Below, one piece after another: positions 53,742 to 63,521 of a stretch of 64,000 nt of DNA. The stretch covers positions 23,577 through 87,576 of the forward strand of contig NVWA01000022.1 in NCBI GenBank assembly GCA_002746535.1, read 5' to 3'. The notes beneath the pieces were generated by a model that saw only the letters and a list, made by a program, of their open reading frames with translations, made no database searches and was not told where the DNA came from. This DNA comes from Planctomycetota bacterium (GTDB lineage Bacteria; Planctomycetota; GCA-2746535). The translations under genes and the position numbers were made by a program. The first letter of the stretch is position 1. Each line of letters opens with the position of its first letter.

Positions 53742-54842
53742 ATGAGATATTCATTATTACTAGCAGGTATTATCGTTGGCATGATCGCTTATTTTATGGC
53801 ATCAAATGATTTAGCCAAAGCACAAAGCAAAAGCAACTGGGATGATTTCAAAGAGAAAAACATCGACAAGTCAACCTTAGAAAAAGCAACTTTTGCCGGA
53901 GGATGTTTCTGGTGCATCGAAGCTTCCTTTGAAAAAGTAGAGGGCGTGGTATCAGCAGTCTCTGGTTATACTGGTGGAGAAAAAAAAGATCCTTCTTATA
54001 AAGAAGTTAGTAGAGGTGGCACTAAACACATAGAAGCTGTAATCGTTTATTATCATCCAAAATTCATCACCTATACTGAATTAGTCAATCACTTCTGGAA
54101 ATTTTACGACCCAACTGATTCTGGAGGTTCTTTTGCCGACCGAGGACACCATTATACTTCTGCGATATTTTACCATAACGATGAACAAAAAATAATTGCT
54201 GAGAAAAGCAAATTGAATTTAATCAAATCAAAAATCTTTAGGAAACCTATCGTAACACCAATCATTAAATCCACTCCTTTTTATGAAGCGGAAACTTATC
54301 ACCAAAATTATTATAAGAAGAATCCCGGCCATTATAATTCCTATCGAATTGGATCCGGAAGAGATAACTTTATAAAAAATACCTGGAAAAACAAATCGTT
54401 ACGTTATATAAAACCAACAATTCAAGAACTTAAAAAGAAACTTTCAAGCCTTCAATTCAAAGTTACTCAAAATGACGGAACTGAAACTCCCTTCAAAAAT
54501 GAATTTTTCAAAAACAAAAAAGAAGGAATATATGTAGACATTGTCTCTGGAGAACCATTATTCCTTTCAACTCATAAATTTGATTCCCAAACAGGTTGGC
54601 CCAGCTTCTATAAACCTATCTCAGAAATAAGCCTTAAAAAATCTGTCGATCATAAATTGGGGTATTCGAGAAATGAAATAAGATCCGCTAAAGCAAATTC
54701 TCACCTTGGTCATGTCTTTAGAGATGGCCCTCAGCCCACAGGATTAAGATATTGCATTAATTCTGCCGCCTTAAAATTTATTCCTAAAAATAAAATGAAA
54801 TCAAAAGGATTTGAAAAATTCATCCTACAATTAAAAAAATGA
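53742..54842 (+). CDS. msrAB: Bifunctional peptide-methionine sulfoxide reductase MsrA/MsrB fusion with N-terminal signal/TM
   Basis: GCFWC (MsrA catalytic Cys motif) in the N-terminal half; HLGHVF...RYCINSAAL (MsrB) in the C-terminal half. N-terminal hydrophobic segment. Confidence 0.8.
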   Translation: MRYSLLLAGIIVGMIAYFMASNDLAKAQSKSNWDDFKEKNIDKSTLEKATFAGGCFWCIEASFEKVEGVVSAVSGYTGGEKKDPSYKEVSRGGTKHIEAVIVYYHPKFITYTELVNHFWKFYDPTDSGGSFADRGHHYTSAIFYHNDEQKIIAEKSKLNLIKSKIFRKPIVTPIIKSTPFYEAETYHQNYYKKNPGHYNSYRIGSGRDNFIKNTWKNKSLRYIKPTIQELKKKLSSLQFKVTQNDGTETPFKNEFFKNKKEGIYVDIVSGEPLFLSTHKFDSQTGWPSFYKPISEISLKKSVDHKLGYSRNEIRSAKANSHLGHVFRDGPQPTGLRYCINSAALKFIPKNKMKSKGFEKFILQLKK

Positions 54843-55128
54843 TTCAATCATCAATAGGCAATTTCTTTAGTCATCAATTAATATTAGCAACCAAACAGCA
54901 ACTACCCCCTACCACACATACGATATTTATAAACTATGATAAGCTCTCAAGTAATTAATATTAAAAGTCAGTATAGCCCAAAAGTAAGCATAAATTAAAA
55001 AAAATATTAAACATTCCATATTCATGACTTAGCAATCATTTAAATAAAAAATAAATGCATCACTTCACAATATAATGGTTAAAATAAGTAACAGAACATT
55101 AGACTCAATCTATGAGTAAGGAAGAACA

Positions 55129-55479
55129 ATGGAAAAAGAACTAATCCTCAAGAATGTTCAAGGCGTATTAGAAACATTTGGAATAGATCAAGCCGAGTAT
55201 ATTCAAAGTCTAATTGAACTAGAAGCCGATATTAAAGAACAAATTGAAGCAACAAGAGTTGCTATAAATGATGAAAAAGATGCTCACGAAACTTTTATTT
55301 ATGCCATATACGCCATCATCGGAAGTACCGAATCTCTTGGTTTAGAATACACTTTTAAGAAGAGTAAAGAATTAGAAAAATCATATAAAGATGCACTTGA
55401 TGATAATGCCTTAGAAAATATTGACGAATTAATTAATATCTTCGAACAAGAAATTACTGTCATTCGCGAAGACAAATAA
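55129..55479 (+). CDS. Small all-helical acidic protein; possibly Hpt-like or a chemotaxis accessory protein (hypothetical)
   Basis: 116 aa, helical and acidic. A His in DAHETFIYAIYAIIGSTESLGL loosely resembles Hpt HxxKG..G. It sits next to several receiver-domain genes. Weak assignment. Confidence 0.3.
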   Translation: MEKELILKNVQGVLETFGIDQAEYIQSLIELEADIKEQIEATRVAINDEKDAHETFIYAIYAIIGSTESLGLEYTFKKSKELEKSYKDALDDNALENIDELINIFEQEITVIREDK

Positions 55480-55497
55480 AAAAAGCAGTCTTCTCCA

Positions 55498-55632
55498 TTA
55501 TTTATTAATATATTTTACGGCATCATTTACAGCCGAGACAAGAGCATCCATTTCATAAGGCTTCTGAAGCAAAGCATCAACATTATATGGATCCTCTAAC
55601 AACGTGGCTGTTTTTATCATGGTCACCACTTA
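55498..55632 (-). pseudogene. Remnant encoding only the C-terminal third of a response-regulator receiver domain (minus strand)
   Basis: My minus-strand translation gives *VVTMIKTATLLEDPYNVDALLQKPYEMDALVSAVNDAVKYINK*. NVDALLQKPY matches the receiver GADDYLxKPF region. No N-terminal half is present. Confidence 0.4.
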
Positions 55633-55756
55633 AGGAAATAAAAGTGATGTTCTGCTGGCAATGAAAAATGGCGCCATTGAATACATCTGCAAACCATTTA
55701 AAGATGAAGAGTTATTGACAAAAATTGAAGAAGCTTTTATTAAGTATTGCCCTTAG
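55568..55756 (+). pseudogene. Remnant of a receiver domain C-terminal half with an in-frame TAA (plus strand)
   Basis: Translation gives SKASTLYGSSNNVAVFIMVTT*GNKSDVLLAMKNGAIEYICKPFKDEELLTKIEEAFIKYCP*. It aligns residue-for-residue with the cheY-like gene at 22821 (IMVTTEAEKKNVVLAIKAGAANYVIKPF), with TAA at the position of Glu. It overlaps the 3' end of the 55740-56135 gene. Confidence 0.45.
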
Positions 55757-56135
55757 TTCTTTTATTGGAAGAAATACATTCCATAACTCTTTTTTGATAA
55801 TCTTTGATCGAAAAGGGTTTCAATAAATAACCATCAGCACCTTTTTCGATAGCAGAAGAAATCATCTCTTTACCACCATCCGCTGATAAAATTAAAATGG
55901 GAATATGATCATATTCTTTAACTGATCGAATTTCACTCAGCAATTCCTCGCCGGGCATAGCTAACATATGCCAATCAATTACTATTGCGACTATATCTTG
56001 AAAATTTTCTTTTAATAGTTTTAAGCCTACATAACCATTATCCGAACTAAGTGATTTATATCCTATTTCCTCAATGCTTTTTTTTGACAATAATAAAATG
56101 ACTTCTGAATCATCAATGGATAGTATAATTTTCAT
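55740..56135 (-). CDS. Single-domain response regulator (receiver only)
   Basis: ILSIDDSEV, VIDWHMLAMPG, ILSADGG, GADGYLLKPF: complete receiver motif set in 131 aa. Confidence 0.65.
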   Translation of the reverse strand: MKIILSIDDSEVILLLSKKSIEEIGYKSLSSDNGYVGLKLLKENFQDIVAIVIDWHMLAMPGEELLSEIRSVKEYDHIPILILSADGGKEMISSAIEKGADGYLLKPFSIKDYQKRVMECISSNKRTKGNT

Positions 56136-56403
56136 AAGCTGCCTGTGTAAACTCTATAGTATCGTACTTCCAAACTGATATGAATTCAACTTAAATTTTA
56201 AAAAATCAATTTCACAATCGAAAGTCATATAATTTAACTAGCATATTCCTTAATAAAACACATTCGTTACTAATCTAAATAAATTCGGAAAAGAAGTAAA
56301 TACATACTTATTTATTTTAGCTTGAATTCATTACTTTTTATGAGATATAATAAAGTTAAATTGGGTACAAATTAACGCCACATGTTCAAAAGAAGGATTA
56401 TTA

Positions 56404-56781
56404 ATGGGAGCTAAAATATTAATCGTTGATGATGATAATGGTTTCCGTGGTTCAATTAAGACGATTTTAATCTCAGAAGGCTATTCTGTGGCAGAAACCA
56501 CAAGTGCATTAAAGGCTCTGCCAATATTAGAAAAACATAAAATAGATCTCTTAATCACCGATATAGTCATGCCAGAAATGGATGGACTAGAATTTATTCA
56601 ACAAGTCCAAAAAAAATATCCAGATTTAAAAGCGATAGGAATGTCCGGAGGTGGCTGGATGGGAAATGCCGATCAAGTTCAAGGACTCGCAAATGAATTT
56701 TTCTCAGGGTTTTTAAAAAAACCATTTGGCAGTAAAAAGATTATCGACATGGTAAAAGATATAATAAGCAAAACAGAATAA
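56404..56781 (+). CDS. Single-domain response regulator (receiver only)
   Basis: ILIVDDD, LLITDIVMPEMDG, GFLKKPF in 125 aa. Confidence 0.65.
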   Translation: MGAKILIVDDDNGFRGSIKTILISEGYSVAETTSALKALPILEKHKIDLLITDIVMPEMDGLEFIQQVQKKYPDLKAIGMSGGGWMGNADQVQGLANEFFSGFLKKPFGSKKIIDMVKDIISKTE

Positions 56782-57101
56782 CTCTGACCTCAATAAATTC
56801 CCGAACGTCGGACAGCTTGTCCAAAAAAAATGAATTAACTCCTTCCCAAGAACAAAAATAAAAAAGATCTCTATTATTCACCTCATTTATCCTACATATC
56901 CATCCCAAACTAATAATTACTGTACCAAGAAGCTTGAATTTTTAAGGTCTATCATTTATTTAAATCAATAGATAAAACCTAAATATTGCATTTAAATATT
57001 AAATCGGGACAAAAATTTTATTTAATATCAACAAATTATTTTTTTCTACGGGAACATTCTTTGGCCTGTTACGTGTATAGCTAAATGAACTTAACAAAAG
57101 G

Positions 57102-57902
57102 GTGAAAATAATGAATATATTAATAAAAATGAGCATTGGGTTAATTCTATTGAGTCAGTTAAACCTTTTAGGTAAAAACAATGACGCTAATGGAAAAGAA
57201 ATTAAAAAAATCTATCTTAAAGCGTTTAAAAAGTCCAAAAATATTGAGGAAAAAATTAATGCCATCCAACTACTTGAAGGACACAATGGCAAACATGTAG
57301 TAAAAATATTAACTAAATTACTCAAAAATCGCGATGATAAAATAAAAATTGCTACCTTAGAATTACTAGCGAAACTAAATGGTCATCCAGAAACTTCTAC
57401 CAATTTAATTATAAAAGAATTTAAAAACAGGACAAATCATAATTCTGTTAAATTGAAAGCAATAGATTTATTGAAAACCCAAAAACTTACATTCAGAAGC
57501 ATGAATGCTTTAATAGAAGAATTAAATAAATTAAATTTATCCCCACCAAAAAAAATAAAAGGGGTTAAACATTCAGATCAACCCTTTACTTCAGTTCCGC
57601 CCTATCGAATAATGGGAGACCCGTCACTTAATGTAACTCAAAATATAAACGTCTTAACTGATAAATTAGAAACTCTTCCAAAAAGTCATAAAAAGCATTT
57701 AGAAAAATTGAGCTTATCAATTATGATTTTTTCGACAATAAATTCTTTATCAAATGGCCAATTCAAATCAAGTAATATAAACAATCCGGCCAATCAAAAA
57801 ATATTACCATGGTTCAAACAAAATAAGAAAGATTTAAATATATGGTGGAAGAAAAACAAAAAAGATATTTTTAAAAAGGAAAAATTATTCTTAAAAAAAT
57901 AA
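57102..57902 (+). CDS. Secreted HEAT/PBS-lyase-like repeat protein, hypothetical
   Basis: Signal peptide. Repeated ~30-aa helical units with xxAIxLLxxxxxxxxVxxLxxLLKxxDxxVR-like periodicity (EEKINAIQLLEGH..VKILTKLLKNRDDKIKIATLELLAKL). Confidence 0.4.
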   Translation: MKIMNILIKMSIGLILLSQLNLLGKNNDANGKEIKKIYLKAFKKSKNIEEKINAIQLLEGHNGKHVVKILTKLLKNRDDKIKIATLELLAKLNGHPETSTNLIIKEFKNRTNHNSVKLKAIDLLKTQKLTFRSMNALIEELNKLNLSPPKKIKGVKHSDQPFTSVPPYRIMGDPSLNVTQNINVLTDKLETLPKSHKKHLEKLSLSIMIFSTINSLSNGQFKSSNINNPANQKILPWFKQNKKDLNIWWKKNKKDIFKKEKLFLKK

Positions 57903-57992
57903 TCTTCTAGGAATTGGATTTAGCTACAGTTTTAATTCCAATGAATAATATTTAAATTAATTGGACTTGATCATGATTTTAAAGCCTGTCCT

Positions 57993-58394
57993 TTATTTTA
58001 ATTTAAGTAAAACTTTTAAATCGTCGTCTAAATCTTTCTCATCTATATAAGCAATTAGTGTCGGTGTTTTTACTAAAAGTAGTTTTAATTTTTTAATATC
58101 TTTAATTACTTTTGGTGGCTGACCTTTGCCCGTAAGACTTCTTTTTAAATAATATCTATTTACTTTGCTAGGTGTTTTTCTGAAAATAACCATCGAAAAT
58201 TTTATACGTTCTTTACTATCTTTGTGGTATTCAATACCCGAAAATCCTCTTTTTTTACCAAGATAAATATTTTTGATTAATTTTACATCTGCACTATCTA
58301 ATTTGCATTTCTTGCTGGCAACAACCACAACATCCGAGTAGAGAGAAAGAGAATAGAATGCAAGTACTAAAATGATAAGTATTTTTTTAATCAC
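57993..58394 (-). CDS. Small secreted hypothetical protein, co-transcribed with the Met-rich outer membrane protein
   Basis: Signal peptide MIKKILIILVLAFYSLSLYS; 11-nt gap to the upstream gene. Confidence 0.4.
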   Translation of the reverse strand: MIKKILIILVLAFYSLSLYSDVVVVASKKCKLDSADVKLIKNIYLGKKRGFSGIEYHKDSKERIKFSMVIFRKTPSKVNRYYLKRSLTGKGQPPKVIKDIKKLKLLLVKTPTLIAYIDEKDLDDDLKVLLKLK

Positions 58395-58405
58395 TTTATT
58401 AACCC

Positions 58406-59794
58406 TTAAAAAACAAAAATCAATGATGTTCTAAACATAATCTGACTGTCTGCAGCTTCTTTAACATTATCGGGCAAATCATCATCTTTAAAAGTATGAT
58501 AATGAAATTCATTTTTAAAATAAATGTTATTTGTAAATCGAATTGATAGACCCAAGCCATACCTTAGCATAAAATTTTTATATAACATACTAGCATCATC
58601 TTTAAGGCCATCAATCATAAAATATGGTGTATACCTATTTATGTTATATTGAGTTTTGAAACTAAAAGTAAATCGATCATCAATATCTGAGTAAGAGGAT
58701 TTCGCAAATTCCCCCATAAATATTAAATCGTCATCAAGGAATTTTAATTCCGTATTGACAGCAAAAGAAACTTCATTGCCAGACATAACATATCTACCCG
58801 ACGCACTATCAATATGCTTAGAAGACCTCATACTCATTGCCCCCATATCATCCATCATGGTATCGTTCATCATCATACCGGCTCCCATAACCATACTTCT
58901 TCGACCATATCCATCAATGTCATAGCTGTAACCAGAAAAACCTATCGAGAATTTTTCTTGAAACATCAATTTAATATGAGCCCCAAAGGCTGCATGTTCA
59001 TCCAGCGTTAGCTCTTTTTGTGTTTTATCACCACTACCATAATACATGGCATAATTAAATTCAAAATCGTCGCCAACATAAAACTGACCACTGATCATTA
59101 AATTAGCAAAAGGTGGATAAAATTTATCACCACCATAATTACGAGGAGCAAGATAAGTCAATGGCAATACAACACTAGCATACAGGGGTGTTATATACCT
59201 GATATCGTTAAATAATCCAAATGGAGCTAAAAATTTACCAACTCTGATATTAATTGAATCATTTGCTGAATACTCACCATACAATTCTAGTAGAGAAACA
59301 TTCGTTTCACCACCTTCTAGATTTTCATTGTCACCTGCAGAGAAACTATTCAACACTTCAAAATTCACATGACCTCTAACAGGACCCCCTATAACATCAT
59401 AAATTAGATTTAAATGGGATTGTGAAAACAATTTCATCTTTGCCATTTCCATGCCAACCCCTGTAGGCATCACCATTGGCATTTCTTCCATGTAGGTGTA
59501 GTCAACGTCAAAATATAAATTAAATTTATGTCGTAAATTAAAATAATCAGGAATACTTAAGCTGATATTTTTGAGGTCTTCCTTTTCAATCTCAGGATAA
59601 CCATTTTTTAAAATGACTTCTTCGTTATTTTTATTCTCTTCTGGAATTTTTTCTTTTGAAACCTTCACATTCTCAGTATTTTTATCAATTATTTTTCCAT
59701 CGTCAGCGACACCAACTATACACAATGCTATTGTAAAAATACCTAGTATAAGTGAGTTCTTCACCTTTTCTCCATAAGTACTGAATAATGTCAC
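58406..59794 (-). CDS. Putative outer-membrane beta-barrel protein with Met-rich motifs (possible Cu/Ag-binding, CopB/PcoB-like)
   Basis: Signal peptide. Alternating amphipathic beta-strand-like segments. C-terminal ...SLIFVF ending in Phe (OMP sorting signal). Met clusters MEEMPMVMPTGVGMEMAKM and MVMGAGMMMNDTMMDDMGAMSM. Confidence 0.45.
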   Translation of the reverse strand: MTLFSTYGEKVKNSLILGIFTIALCIVGVADDGKIIDKNTENVKVSKEKIPEENKNNEEVILKNGYPEIEKEDLKNISLSIPDYFNLRHKFNLYFDVDYTYMEEMPMVMPTGVGMEMAKMKLFSQSHLNLIYDVIGGPVRGHVNFEVLNSFSAGDNENLEGGETNVSLLELYGEYSANDSINIRVGKFLAPFGLFNDIRYITPLYASVVLPLTYLAPRNYGGDKFYPPFANLMISGQFYVGDDFEFNYAMYYGSGDKTQKELTLDEHAAFGAHIKLMFQEKFSIGFSGYSYDIDGYGRRSMVMGAGMMMNDTMMDDMGAMSMRSSKHIDSASGRYVMSGNEVSFAVNTELKFLDDDLIFMGEFAKSSYSDIDDRFTFSFKTQYNINRYTPYFMIDGLKDDASMLYKNFMLRYGLGLSIRFTNNIYFKNEFHYHTFKDDDLPDNVKEAADSQIMFRTSLIFVF

Positions 59795-60121
59795 TGATGA
59801 TAATAATTAAGGATATGTCAAATTATAATTCAAAGCAAATTAAAACCAGAGAAATCACCCATAATTCAAAAAAACGTTCTCATTGGAAGCTGATACAAAA
59901 TCTAACTTAAAGGTGGCTTACAACCCCACTACAGCCAATATACAAATAGGGTTATCTTACCTTCAGGGACTATAATTTGTTGAGAATTAGTTTAAATTAC
60001 GATTTTTGGGAGCAGATCTCTATTCTTACTTGGCAGACAGAATGCACATTGATCACCTACAAGATAGTTGTTTTGGCAAGTTGATTAAAAAAGCTCTAGC
60101 AACTTCGTTTTCTGTTTATAT

Positions 60122-61354
60122 TTATTCAGATCTCAAAGCTTTGATAGGATCTAACTTGGCAGCCAACCAGGCGGGATAAGTTCCAAAAATAACGCCAATA
60201 GCAACGGATATAATAAAAGAACCTAAAACACTTGTCGTTGTAATAGCCGTTGGCCAACCGACAATTTTGGAAACCATTATTGATCCGCCGACACCAAATA
60301 AAACGCCAAACAGGCCACCTAAAAGAGAAATCGTAACCGCCTCTACTAAAAATTGAACAAGAATATCTATTTTTTGAGCACCCAAGGCCCTTCGTATGCC
60401 TATTTCTTTGTATCGTTCAAATACATTTGCCGTCATGATATTAGTAACCCCAATACCACCCACCAACAAACTAATCGCTGCAATCGCCACCATAACAATA
60501 TTAAATGTTCTTTGAGTCTCTTCTTTTTGTTGCAATAACAAATAGGGCACAGAAACTTCAAAGTTTTTCTTATGAATCTTTTCTAAATACCGCTTTGCTC
60601 TTTTAGCCGTATAATCAATATGTTTTGTATGCAACACCTTTAAATAGATCAAATCATACTCGACATCAACAACTGTATTGATACTTGTATCTAGGCCTTT
60701 AAATGAAAAGTCTGACTTATAAGAATCTAAAGGCACAAAAATCATTTCATCGGGATTTTGACCAAAAGGTGTTTTTATCCCATACCTATTTTCTATTATT
60801 CCAACGACCTGATAAGGTATCAAGCCTATTCGTATATAAAGCCCTAAGGGGTCTTTAAATTGAAATATTTTCTTTTTTATTTTTTTTCCGATAACACAAA
60901 TTCGCTTCTTTTTTTCATTATCGAAATTAGCAATATCACGCCCCATCGTCACTCTGAGTTTAAGTAATTTTGAGAAATCTTCTGTGACTGCTAATCCAGA
61001 AAAATTATACGATTTGGATCCGTAGTAAATAGTTTTCCTAATCTTTCTGGCTGGCACAACAGAGCGAATATTATCAAATTCAATAAAACGCTTAACATCT
61101 GTTTCTCTCAAACCATATTTCAGGATCCCTCGCTCTTCTGCAACTGCTTGAGAGGCTGTATTCCTTACAGATTTTAATATGATATTATCGATCCCCATGG
61201 CTTCGATACTACTGATACTTTTTATTCTAGCACCTTCACCTATAGACATCATGACAATGATTGAAATAATTCCAAAAATGATTCCGAGAGATGTCAAAAA
61301 AGATCTAAAACCATGGCTTAATAAATTTCTGATCGCAAGTATAAAGATTCTCAT
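60122..61354 (-). CDS. ABC transporter permease, FtsX/MacB-type (N-terminal TM, periplasmic domain, C-terminal 3 TM)
   Basis: 410 aa with the MacB/DevC-like topology and conserved C-terminal FtsX helices (VGGIGVTNIM...EIGIRRALGA). Confidence 0.65.
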   Translation of the reverse strand: MRIFILAIRNLLSHGFRSFLTSLGIIFGIISIIVMMSIGEGARIKSISSIEAMGIDNIILKSVRNTASQAVAEERGILKYGLRETDVKRFIEFDNIRSVVPARKIRKTIYYGSKSYNFSGLAVTEDFSKLLKLRVTMGRDIANFDNEKKKRICVIGKKIKKKIFQFKDPLGLYIRIGLIPYQVVGIIENRYGIKTPFGQNPDEMIFVPLDSYKSDFSFKGLDTSINTVVDVEYDLIYLKVLHTKHIDYTAKRAKRYLEKIHKKNFEVSVPYLLLQQKEETQRTFNIVMVAIAAISLLVGGIGVTNIMTANVFERYKEIGIRRALGAQKIDILVQFLVEAVTISLLGGLFGVLFGVGGSIMVSKIVGWPTAITTTSVLGSFIISVAIGVIFGTYPAWLAAKLDPIKALRSE

Positions 61355-62064
61355 TGGGTTTTTACACTCAAAGATGCTTTACCACCTAGCTCTTCTCGGT
61401 CAATTAATCCATCACGCAAATGAATAACGCGCTCAACTCGATTCATCATTTCTGGATCATGAGTCACCATTAAAATGCTAGCCCCGCCAGCATGAATCTC
61501 ATCTAGCAAGTCCAAAATATCCTGACCCGTTTTTTCATCTAGATTACCGGTAGGTTCATCAGCCAAAATCAAAGCAGGCTTCATTACTAATGCTCTCGCT
61601 AATGCAACTCGTTGCATTTCGCCCCCGGATAATTGCAACGGACTATACTTCACACGATGGCTCATCTTCACACGATCTAATAATTCCAAAGCACGTTTAT
61701 TTTGCTCTCTTATAGGAACTTTTGAATAGAACATCGGCACCTTAACATTCTCAAGAACACTCATATTGGCTAATAAATTAAATGATTGAAAGACAAAACC
61801 TATTTTCTTATTTCTAAATCGAGAAGCTTCGTTATCAGATAATTTCAACGTATCAGTGCCATCTAATAAAAACTCACCTGAGGTTTGCTTATCTAGCATT
61901 CCCAATATATTTAATAATGTCGATTTACCTGAACCCGAAGAGCCCATCAAGGCAACATATTCACCGGTATTTAATGAGAAATCGACACCAAATAAAACAG
62001 GCGTTTCAACTGTACCCATAAAATAACTTTTTTTTAATTTTTTGATTTCAATGACAGAGGTCAT
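61351..62064 (-). CDS. ABC transporter ATP-binding protein (MacB/LolD-like)
   Basis: Walker [14 protein letters not shown]-loop, signature [15 protein letters not shown], Walker [12 protein letters not shown]. Confidence 0.8.
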   Translation of the reverse strand: MTSVIEIKKLKKSYFMGTVETPVLFGVDFSLNTGEYVALMGSSGSGKSTLLNILGMLDKQTSGEFLLDGTDTLKLSDNEASRFRNKKIGFVFQSFNLLANMSVLENVKVPMFYSKVPIREQNKRALELLDRVKMSHRVKYSPLQLSGGEMQRVALARALVMKPALILADEPTGNLDEKTGQDILDLLDEIHAGGASILMVTHDPEMMNRVERVIHLRDGLIDREELGGKASLSVKTQ

Positions 62065-63521
62065 TATTCTTCCTGCAAGCTGTATAGCAATATCTCATCA
62101 CCCTCGCCAAGACCTTTTGTTACTTCAACCTCATGCTCACTAGAGATACCTAACTCAATAATAGATTTTTTAAATTCACCTTTAGAATTATTTCGATAAA
62201 CAAAATATGCCCCCTCTTTCTCAAAAACAGATTCAACCGGCACCACCAAAACATCTTTGATTTCCCTAAAGGCAATTTCTATTTTAGCTGTCATCCCAGG
62301 TACTAAATCAGAGTGCAATTCATCACCTTTTAAAATAGCTTCTGCTTTATAAACTTTAGGAGATGAAGGATCTGACGAATTCCGAGGAAACGAAATATTA
62401 GAAATTGACGAAACCTCCATATCAACTCTCAAACCAGGTATTGCGCTTACCGTAATCGTACCTACGGTTCCCTTTTCAACTTTTGTTCGATATTCCTCGC
62501 CCAAGTCAAAGGAGACTTTCAATGACTTCAAATCTGGTATTGTCATAATCACTTGATTATTCCAAACTCGATCACCAGCCTTTAACTTTCTTCCATAGCG
62601 ATTTCTGTAATAAATCACACCACTGATAGGTGCCTTAACACTACACATTTCTAGCATCTTTGTGGTCTGCTTTAATCTTGCTAGATTTGCTTTGATGCGC
62701 TTTTCATTATTAATTATCTTTTTTTTAATATCTAAAGCACCAGAGATACACTTCGTTTTTACTTTTTTAAAATTTAATTTTTCCTGATTCACTTGTATTT
62801 TTAACAGCTTCAATTTTTCAATCACCTGTTCAGTTTTATAAGCTTTTAATAAGCGATATGATTTAGTGGTTTTGTCTTTTGCCACCCTAAGATTACTTTC
62901 TAATTTAGACATTTTACTTTTTAAACTACTATTATTGCCCCCCGATGATTCCTTTATAAAAATCTCATCACTTAATGTTGAGATAGATTCTGCAATTGCT
63001 CGTTCAGAGATTAAATTTGAATCTATAGTTCTAGCGAGATCTTTGATTTTTTGTATCGACTCTTCATTCTTAAACTTACGATAGAGCTTCACTTTTGCAT
63101 CTAATACATTTGAAGCTTTTTTCATACTCGATATATTATCAGAAATTTCCATATTAACGTCATCGAGCAAACTCGCCAAACCCTCTCTTTGAAATACTAA
63201 TGAAATGGATTGATCTTCTATGGATTTTTGAATCTGTTCTGAATCAAACTTTATGACCACATCACCCTCTTTAACAGACTCACCTTCTTTTTCAAGCCAA
63301 CTTATTTTTCGATGCCAGTTTGTTGGTGGTGTTAATTCAAACGAATTACGCGATAATACTTGCCCATACTCGTTGATCCCCATTTTCAACACACTCTTTT
63401 TAACTATGTAAACCTTATCAGGTTCAAATTCGGTAGCACTTGATCCACCTTCATCCCCACAAGACAAAAGCACCAAGCTCAATACGATTATAATTCTAAA
63501 TTTTAATAAATAGCAAATCAT
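62064..63521 (-). CDS. HlyD/MacA-family periplasmic adaptor (membrane fusion) lipoprotein
   Basis: Lipobox LLSCG, long coiled-coil hairpin region, C-terminal beta-barrel/MP domain. Overlaps both neighbouring genes. Confidence 0.65.
   Translation of the reverse strand: MICYLLKFRIIIVLSLVLLSCGDEGGSSATEFEPDKVYIVKKSVLKMGINEYGQVLSRNSFELTPPTNWHRKISWLEKEGESVKEGDVVIKFDSEQIQKSIEDQSISLVFQREGLASLLDDVNMEISDNISSMKKASNVLDAKVKLYRKFKNEESIQKIKDLARTIDSNLISERAIAESISTLSDEIFIKESSGGNNSSLKSKMSKLESNLRVAKDKTTKSYRLLKAYKTEQVIEKLKLLKIQVNQEKLNFKKVKTKCISGALDIKKKIINNEKRIKANLARLKQTTKMLEMCSVKAPISGVIYYRNRYGRKLKAGDRVWNNQVIMTIPDLKSLKVSFDLGEEYRTKVEKGTVGTITVSAIPGLRVDMEVSSISNISFPRNSSDPSSPKVYKAEAILKGDELHSDLVPGMTAKIEIAFREIKDVLVVPVESVFEKEGAYFVYRNNSKGEFKKSIIELGISSEHEVEVTKGLGEGDEILLYSLQEE

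Noticed and set aside
55631-55633. Possibility that the in-frame TAA in the plus-strand receiver fragment is read through by stop-codon reassignment
   Set aside because: All other genes in the window terminate normally at TAA/TAG/TGA with sensible lengths. No bacterial code reassigns TAA. Pseudogene or sequencing error is far more likely.
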